Shown here: in pieces, positions 57,299 through 64,000 of the stretch | Layout of the letters: every line of letters starts with the position of its first letter | Position numbering within the stretch: position 1 is the first letter of the stretch | DNA from: Ascoidea asiatica JCM 7603 | Taxonomy: Eukaryota > Fungi > Ascomycota | NCBI GenBank assembly: GCA_001600695.1 | Contig: BCKQ01000003.1 | Location: 1,828,392 to 1,892,391 of the forward strand | DNA: 64,000 bases | Reading direction: 5' to 3' | Program-made: the position numbers and the translations under genes | The notes under the pieces: generated by a model | What the model was told of the DNA's origin: nothing | Database searches by the model: none | What the model saw: the letters and a program-made list of their open reading frames with translations, nothing else

Positions 57299-58483
57299 TT
57301 AATCCACTTTTTTTTTTCCGTAATAAGTAATGCCTCTAACATAACCAAATAATACATTAGAAACAAAAATCCAAATAACCAATCCAAGTAAAGACTTAAT
57401 AGATATTGGCTCAATAAAGGAGTTAATTATGTTACCAATAAGCTCTGCACCTAGAAGACTAGTTCCATAGAGAGACTCTGGGTCTTTTTGAATACATTTC
57501 TTCCATTGCAAGCAACGTTTTTCCAAAGCTGGGACTATTGTTTCGGGATTACATTTATTATCAATATAATTTTTAAGACATACCTCTTGATTAAGAATCA
57601 TCTCCAATTTTTTGTTTTTTAAAGTCAAATCTATATCATTCTTTATTGATTTATACAAATTGATAAATATGTAAATAATAAAAGATGTTGTAATGATATT
57701 GAAGAATATTTGAATGTATGACGACACAACATAAGGAGTAAAATGTTTTTGAGAGATTTCTTTCCATGGTGATGGTAAATATATATCCTTTTCTTTTCCT
57801 TCGATGACCTTTAAGTTTTTAGTTTCCCCAATTTCGATAGAAGAAGGTTTTGTAGATGTTGATAGTGATGCTGGTGTGTTATAGTAATTATTATGTATTT
57901 GAAATGAAACAGGATTTAAAAAATTGTGATTTTGAGGAAATGAGGTACTAAAAGATTTTGAACTTTCTCCAGGATTGAATTTTTTAGGAGATGGTACACC
58001 AAAAACAGCATTATGATTTTCTTGAGATTGAGCAATAAATCTAGAACTTGATTCATTATTTAGTTGATTGTAGATAGATAGTGGCTGAACATTCGAAGCA
58101 TGAAAATTACCAGAGAAATTTTTTTCATCATCTGAGCCAGGTTCCTCTACAATAACATTTTCTTCTTGATATAAAAGCTCCTTCTGGCTCTCTTGCTCTT
58201 TCAGAAAATCTGTTTTATGTAGTGCCATTTTCGCACCAATCAATGTCGGTGATAAAATATTTTTAGAAACATATTTTATAAGTTGAAGGTTTGATATATT
58301 GTTATTTTCATTATTTCCATCTTCCGATTCAATGGGTATATCACCATATTCTGTCATTATAACATCTTCATCATCATAAAATGAATTCTTGGAACTTTCA
58401 ATAGCTATCTCGGAAGTGTTGGTATCCTCATCGCTATTTATTGTAAGTTTTTCAATTAAATCTTCAGGGGATATAAGTGGCAT
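57299..58483 (-). CDS. BRL1: Brl1/Brr6-family nuclear envelope protein
   Basis: YVVSSYIQIFFN TM segment, IKNDID, CLKNYIDNKC...VPALEKRCLQWKKC (four Cys), IINSFIEPISIKS, second TM. The long N-terminus favours Brl1. Confidence 0.85.
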   Translation of the reverse strand: MPLISPEDLIEKLTINSDEDTNTSEIAIESSKNSFYDDEDVIMTEYGDIPIESEDGNNENNNISNLQLIKYVSKNILSPTLIGAKMALHKTDFLKEQESQKELLYQEENVIVEEPGSDDEKNFSGNFHASNVQPLSIYNQLNNESSSRFIAQSQENHNAVFGVPSPKKFNPGESSKSFSTSFPQNHNFLNPVSFQIHNNYYNTPASLSTSTKPSSIEIGETKNLKVIEGKEKDIYLPSPWKEISQKHFTPYVVSSYIQIFFNIITTSFIIYIFINLYKSIKNDIDLTLKNKKLEMILNQEVCLKNYIDNKCNPETIVPALEKRCLQWKKCIQKDPESLYGTSLLGAELIGNIINSFIEPISIKSLLGLVIWIFVSNVLFGYVRGITYYGKKKVD

Positions 58484-58716
58484 TTATCAAAGAACAATAG
58501 TTTCTTATAAATAATTGTTTTTTTAAAGTATTCAAAGTTCTAATTGAATTTAATTTCTTGTTAAAGTAGAAATTATTTCCATAACTGAATATGATAATAT
58601 TCATGATTCGCTTTTCAACTAAAATGATCTAATTTTATAATGTAATGTTTTGCTTTGAAAATTGAACTTTAATGCCAACTTTATCGCCAGATGTTTGGAA
58701 GCGCTGAAATATCTTG

Positions 58717-58742
58717 ACGCGTAAAGGAAAATTATTACGCGT
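58717..58742. promoter_or_regulatory. Two MCB (ACGCGT) G1/S elements in the divergent BRL1/CTF4 promoter
   Basis: ACGCGT at 58717-58722 and 58737-58742, about 150-170 bp upstream of CTF4, a typical MBF-regulated replication gene. Confidence 0.8.
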
Positions 58743-58888
58743 GAAAATAATCAATTTAGCACAAATCAATGTAGATTTTCTCTGAAATGCTTTCAATCCA
58801 ATAAAAATAAGTTAGGTATCTTAATTTTTCATATTGATTTACAAAATGCTGAGAGAGAATATTAATAAACTGATTTTGTAAGATAAAA

Positions 58889-61800
58889 ATGGCAGATAGC
58901 GAACCAACAGTTCAGACAATTTCAGCACAAGGAAAAGTTTACCCATTAGTCTCTTCCGATAACTCAAAAATATTAGTTTTAAAGCAAACTGGGGCTTTAA
59001 GAATTTTAGATTTCAAAAATAAATTTCAAGATCATGATGACTTGGAAATAATTGAGGATGCAACCTGCTTTGAGAACATATATTCAAATTCAGATTTTTC
59101 TTTTCATATTTCAATGATGGTAGGATATGGCGGAGAGCTAGTCGTTTATAAAATTTCTAACGACTTCAAAAATATTTTATCTGAAAAAAAAATATTTAGG
59201 AACATGGAGCCTTTGAGAGACTTAAAAATTTTAAGCTCATTTTCAAGTAAAGACACCATTTTTATCAAAATTGCGGTTGGTGGAGATAATTTGGACCTAA
59301 ATATAATTTCTTTTTCGGTAAGTTCTGCAAATAAAGAAAATGCTATTGATAATATCAAAATACTAAAAACACAATTATCAGATACAATTCGTAACCTTTC
59401 TTATAATTCTGAATCTAGAATTTTATCTGTTGTATTGTCGAATGGTGATATTCAATTTTTGGAGATCAACAATTCTTTAACTTCTAGTTCAGATACTCTC
59501 GATGATTCTAAACAAGACGAAATTTTGAAGCCTAAAGCTATTAAAACATTAAAAGGTTATTTTTCTAAACTTATATTTCAAGCAGGTTTAAATTTAGATG
59601 ATGATGAATCTGAGGAGTTGACTGAGGATGATATAATTAAGAACAACATTCAATGGAATCCTGAAAAATCAAAATCTTCCCAATTTGCTATCCCCTGTAA
59701 TACTAGAGATATCAAAATATTTGATTCTGGAGACAATTATGCAAACATTTACACTTTAATAAATTGTCACGAATCTCCCATAATTCAAATCAAATGGTGC
59801 CCCTTTAACACAAGATATATTGTATCTGTTGGAATGGATAATAAGCTAATTGTATGGGATTTGCAAACAAGAAAATCGTATTCTGTTAGAAATATACCAA
59901 GTGATTATAAAGTTTCTAACATAGAATGGAGTTTAGATTTTGAAAATCAGCTTAAGGTTAATTTGACTTTAGGTACCTATCAAGGTGATATTCTAGTATA
60001 TTATTCCGTTATTGATGCTATTGCTATTCCTGATAGCTCTCTTTTGAAAGATCAAAAACAAAAAAGTTCTCTTGATTTTGATGATGATCTTTTCAGTGAT
60101 ATGGATTCCTTCACTGATGATATACCTAGCAATGAAAATTTACATGCATCTTTAACTGATGATAATATTTTATATGAAAACTCTGAGAATTCAAGGAAAA
60201 GGGCAAGGGATTCAGAGATAGCTGATGAAAATATAAATGATTTCAGAGCCTCCAAGCGATATCAAGAAAATTTTATGGAGGTAGACCATCTTGAGGACGA
60301 TGAATTTGACGATAATTTACAAATTGATGATGAGATACCTAATGCCACAAAGTTGGACCCTACCTATTACTTCAAACCTTATTCTCCTGGTATATCACCC
60401 TGGATTAATAATAAAAGATATCTAGTTATAAATCCCATTGGATATGTATGGAGTGAAAGATCTTCAACTGTCAAAGATAGTCAAAGAATAAACGTGGTAT
60501 TTTCTCAATCTGTTGACAATAATATAATTCCACTAAGAAATTATTCGTTTGTCGACAATAAGGGATTTGATTTAGCTTGTTTAAGTAGAACAGGGTTGTT
60601 ATTAGCTAGATCTGCATACCATTCCAAAGATCCAAGAAATGAAGACTTTGTAACCGACTTTGAAAATATTCAAGATTCCGAAAACTATAAAGTTGCATTA
60701 ATCTCTTTTAGGATTCATGACGATGATAGTGGATCTTGGGAGGCTCGTCTAGATATTTTCAATGATTTTAAGGTCAATAATCCTAAGATTTTTAGCAGTG
60801 ATAATGATAAATTGAAAAATGTTTTCCATTTAATAAACAATATTAACCATCAGGAATTTATTACTTCTATATCTTTGTCAAAAAATTTGATTTTCATTTT
60901 CACAAATAAAGGGTACACTAGAATTTTTACCAGATTTGGGTTACTAAGTAGAATTGAAAAAGATTTACCAGTGATTGCCTCAATTGCTAATAGTAAAATT
61001 TTATTTACAATTGAATCTACTATGAAAGGAGAAGAGTTCTTCTATAGTATAAGAGATTTATTAAGTTCTTCCTCCTCGTACAAATTTCTTCAAAAAAATA
61101 TTCCACTCCCTATTGAATATTTGCCAAACTATCTTTTAAATCAGCAAACAATAGGCGAATATGAAAACGAAATAGAGAAACATAATCAACAGGATAATGA
61201 AGATGATTTTGAATTTTTAAGACTTGAAAAACAGAGTGATAAAAAGAAAAATCAATACCCGGATTTTTACCTTAAGGGTTTGTTTTTCAGTAGCTTCAAT
61301 GATCCTTGCTTAATAGATAATTCAAATAATATATATTGCATAACTCGATGGAGAAAAAGTTTGCAAAGCACGTTGGTACCTCTTTTAAATTTCAATGACA
61401 TATTAATTACAAAAGATAATTTGAAGTTTCTTCCAATAACTATAAAAGATGACAACTTCCAATGTATACTTTTTAGAGATGCAGTAAATGATTACTTTGG
61501 TGGAGCCCCGTTGCCAATTCATACCGATATTAAGCTTAAAATTCCAATATTTAATAATATCGATTTAAAAGCACTTAAAGAAAAAAGAAAAAAATCTAAA
61601 AAAGATGATTTTATTGTTGCTGGAGATGAAGAAGATGATTTAAATCTGGATATAAGCGATAATGATAGTGATAATGAAGATTTAATGGAAACAGAGGATA
61701 TTAAAAAGCAAAAGGTATTAGAAGAAGATTTCATCAAAAATAAGATTCTTTCAGAGTTAATCAGTGAGTCAATATTGGCTCAACGTCAGTTTGAAGCTCA

Positions 61801-62203
61801 GGTTAAAAATAAAATTGTAGATTTTATTCGAAAAAAGAAAGATGGCGAATTAGATTCGATTTTAAGTGGACCTAGATTTGATGTAAATGTTGGTGATCAT
61901 GAAATTGATATTGAAGAAGAGACAGGTAATGTTCACTTCAATGAAAAATTTTATGATGATATTGATACTGAAGATAATAGTAAAGATTTATTACGAGGCT
62001 TGAATGTTCTGTATGATAAGTGTATATTGAAAATATTTGCCCAGTATTGTTCAAATGATGACACCAGTAGAGCAATGGAAATTATAAAAGAAATAAAAGA
62101 GGATAAAGGATTAATTGCAGCTAGTAGAATCGCTGAGAGAATGGAATTGAGTAGCATTTCTAATAAAATTGCGGAAGAAAGAGAAAGAAGAATGTTATTT
62201 TGA
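58889..62203 (+). CDS. CTF4: Replisome hub Ctf4/Mcl1 (WD40, SepB, helical C-terminus)
   Basis: N-terminal WD40 repeats; PYSPGISPW..KRYL.IN.IGYVW; LKGLFFSSFNDPC; YDKCILKIFAQYC...AASRIAERMEL. Confidence 0.9.
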   Translation: MADSEPTVQTISAQGKVYPLVSSDNSKILVLKQTGALRILDFKNKFQDHDDLEIIEDATCFENIYSNSDFSFHISMMVGYGGELVVYKISNDFKNILSEKKIFRNMEPLRDLKILSSFSSKDTIFIKIAVGGDNLDLNIISFSVSSANKENAIDNIKILKTQLSDTIRNLSYNSESRILSVVLSNGDIQFLEINNSLTSSSDTLDDSKQDEILKPKAIKTLKGYFSKLIFQAGLNLDDDESEELTEDDIIKNNIQWNPEKSKSSQFAIPCNTRDIKIFDSGDNYANIYTLINCHESPIIQIKWCPFNTRYIVSVGMDNKLIVWDLQTRKSYSVRNIPSDYKVSNIEWSLDFENQLKVNLTLGTYQGDILVYYSVIDAIAIPDSSLLKDQKQKSSLDFDDDLFSDMDSFTDDIPSNENLHASLTDDNILYENSENSRKRARDSEIADENINDFRASKRYQENFMEVDHLEDDEFDDNLQIDDEIPNATKLDPTYYFKPYSPGISPWINNKRYLVINPIGYVWSERSSTVKDSQRINVVFSQSVDNNIIPLRNYSFVDNKGFDLACLSRTGLLLARSAYHSKDPRNEDFVTDFENIQDSENYKVALISFRIHDDDSGSWEARLDIFNDFKVNNPKIFSSDNDKLKNVFHLINNINHQEFITSISLSKNLIFIFTNKGYTRIFTRFGLLSRIEKDLPVIASIANSKILFTIESTMKGEEFFYSIRDLLSSSSSYKFLQKNIPLPIEYLPNYLLNQQTIGEYENEIEKHNQQDNEDDFEFLRLEKQSDKKKNQYPDFYLKGLFFSSFNDPCLIDNSNNIYCITRWRKSLQSTLVPLLNFNDILITKDNLKFLPITIKDDNFQCILFRDAVNDYFGGAPLPIHTDIKLKIPIFNNIDLKALKEKRKKSKKDDFIVAGDEEDDLNLDISDNDSDNEDLMETEDIKKQKVLEEDFIKNKILSELISESILAQRQFEAQVKNKIVDFIRKKKDGELDSILSGPRFDVNVGDHEIDIEEETGNVHFNEKFYDDIDTEDNSKDLLRGLNVLYDKCILKIFAQYCSNDDTSRAMEIIKEIKEDKGLIAASRIAERMELSSISNKIAEERERRMLF

Positions 62204-62213
62204 TTCAAAAGAG

Positions 62214-62897
62214 TTAATTCATATGAAATCCGGTAAAATTTTGAATAACATCTTCAATTTTTTTTTCTTGATTATTATCTTTGGACCTATATATTAGTTC
62301 ATTTTTAGTAATATTAGATAAATCTTCGTAATCATTTTCAAATTCTGCTTTAATTGTAAAAGCTTTTCTTAAATCAAATTTAATTATATTCTCATTGTTA
62401 GTGCATTGATAGTTTTTAGAATTTAAAAAATAAAAGGGAGAGTCTCTTGTTGCGTTAGAGAACTGAATATGATTTCCATTTGTTATTAATTTTGGCTTTA
62501 ATTCATTTATTAGAAAACTATTTTCATCAAACTGCTGTTTTTCATCATTCTTGATTTTTATAAAGAGTTTTGAATATTCAATCAATCTAGGCATACCTTT
62601 GAGATTTTTTAAAGTTTTCACTAGCTCCTTCTTTTCGTTTTCTATTATTTTTTCATCATAATTAGAACTTTTGTTTTGCAAATTTGGCAATAGATTATAT
62701 ATTAACAAAAAGGAAGTATTTTTTATATCTGCATTATTTGAAAACATTTGCTGAAAACATAATAGGTGACCAAATTTTGTAAGACTTTTATAAATGTAAT
62801 CTGTCTCTTGTATAAGAGAAGGTGAAATATTAAATCGTAATCTACATATAACTGATGATTTTAAATAATTCTTTAATAAATTTTGATAACCAATCAT
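62214..62897 (-). CDS. Hypothetical protein, 227 aa, possibly mitochondrial
   Basis: ATG-initiated non-repetitive ORF in its own locus, divergent from THI80; basic N-terminus lacking acidic residues; family not recognised. Confidence 0.65.
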   Translation of the reverse strand: MIGYQNLLKNYLKSSVICRLRFNISPSLIQETDYIYKSLTKFGHLLCFQQMFSNNADIKNTSFLLIYNLLPNLQNKSSNYDEKIIENEKKELVKTLKNLKGMPRLIEYSKLFIKIKNDEKQQFDENSFLINELKPKLITNGNHIQFSNATRDSPFYFLNSKNYQCTNNENIIKFDLRKAFTIKAEFENDYEDLSNITKNELIYRSKDNNQEKKIEDVIQNFTGFHMN

Positions 62898-63255
62898 TAT
62901 ATATATATATTAAAAAAGTATTGATTTGAAGTTATTTTTTAGCAATTTTTAAGGATTTTGTTATCTGTTTCTAATTTAAAGCTAAACCGAGATTTCAATT
63001 GTGAAAAGTGCATTAACTTTATTGAAATCAGTATTTACTTATGAAGTTTCTGAGATTATGGAGATTACAATTTTTAACCATACGAATTAGGTTAACACGG
63101 TGATGATATTAAATTTTATTTGAAAAGCACTGAGCTTACAATAAAAATTATAATTATTTAAGGTATCTGATCAAAATAGCAAAACATATTGAAACATACC
63201 TATTTTTATAATAATCAAAAGTACAATTCTCTCTACTAATACAATTAGTTTATCG

Positions 63256-64000
63256 ATGGAAAAAGTTGTGGAAAATTCAGATTCTTTGTTTGAGATATAT
63301 TTGCCGGAAGACTACAAGGAACAAAATATAAATTTGATAGACTTAATTGGTGTATTTTCAAGAACAATCAAAAGTAAAACGAATTTTCATTCGCTATTGA
63401 TTTTAAATCAAAAAATTGAATTAAGTTTTGAAATTTTTAAAAGTTTATGGGAAAAAACATCATTTCATGTTTGTGCTGATGGGGGAGCTAATCGATTACT
63501 CGAATATTTGAAAACTTTCAACAAAGAAAATACATTCATTCCTAATTATATCATTGGAGATTTGGATTCCATAACTTTATCAACCTCAAAATTTTACTGT
63601 AACAAAGGTGTGAATATAATAAAACAAACTACCGAATGGGCGCCAGATATTTTAAAAGCAATAAACTTATGCGAGTTAAGATTTCATGGCTTTTTGAATG
63701 ATAATAAGTTTTTGGTACATTTGAATGAAATTGATGGAATCATAAAGATGAGAAATAAGAAAATAACAAGTAAAGTTATAGAAAGATCAAAAAATTTTAA
63801 TATGTTTTTATTGTGTGGAATTGGAGGTAGATTTGATCAAACAATGCAAACCATATCTCAAGTCTATAAGCAGTATTCTGAATTTGGAAACGAAATCATC
63901 TTGTTCAATGAAGATGATGTTATGTTGCTAATTCCAAAAGGAACAACTTATATCAAATATTCAGACTATTTAAAAAGTGATTTTAGATTCTCTGGTTTCA
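63256..64000 (+). CDS. THI80: Thiamine pyrophosphokinase homolog, 5' part (runs off the window end)
   Basis: Manual translation: MEKVVEN...SLLILNQKI...VCADGGANRL...IPNYIIGDLDSI...GIGGRFDQTMQTISQ. Not in the ORF track. Confidence 0.92.
   Translation, partial: MEKVVENSDSLFEIYLPEDYKEQNINLIDLIGVFSRTIKSKTNFHSLLILNQKIELSFEIFKSLWEKTSFHVCADGGANRLLEYLKTFNKENTFIPNYIIGDLDSITLSTSKFYCNKGVNIIKQTTEWAPDILKAINLCELRFHGFLNDNKFLVHLNEIDGIIKMRNKKITSKVIERSKNFNMFLLCGIGGRFDQTMQTISQVYKQYSEFGNEIILFNEDDVMLLIPKGTTYIKYSDYLKSDFRFSGF

Overview
Very AT-rich, gene-dense, intron-poor fungal DNA that reads as a budding yeast (Saccharomycotina). It is not from the Saccharomyces lineage: it retains a respiratory complex I subunit (NDUFA8-like), an HPPD and a CBM1 protein, and has a GTATGT/TACTAAC/CAG intron in SAR1. 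I can support 26 protein-coding genes: partial amino-acid permease, LSB5, BNI1, a 2-EF-hand mini-protein, Eat1/Imo32-like hydrolase, PLB, extended HPPD, 2OG-Fe(II) dioxygenase, AKL1, DAL3, CBM1 Ser/Thr-rich protein, flavin-reductase-like protein, NCE103, SAR1, NDUFA8, TAF3, AYR1, AAF1-like Myb protein, PST2, a large J-protein, an Asn-rich unknown, a degenerate OYE, BRL1, CTF4, an unknown ORF and partial THI80. I recognised no tRNA, rRNA, CRISPR or autonomous transposon. The best leads are: (1) a non-catalytic cellulose-binding (CBM1) mucin-like protein; (2) an HPPD with an obligatory repeat-containing ~285-aa N-terminal extension; (3) an intact-ORF old yellow enzyme lacking its catalytic motif; (4) a ~270-bp inverted-repeat-bounded element between convergent genes; (5) a possible non-AUG mitochondrial isoform of carbonic anhydrase; (6) a THI80 with an altered thiamine-binding motif; and (7) short GC-rich, CACGTG-containing promoter islands flanked by extremely AT-rich, Asn-expanded coding DNA. 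Gene calls and reference motifs come from motif recognition and memory; no database search was run.
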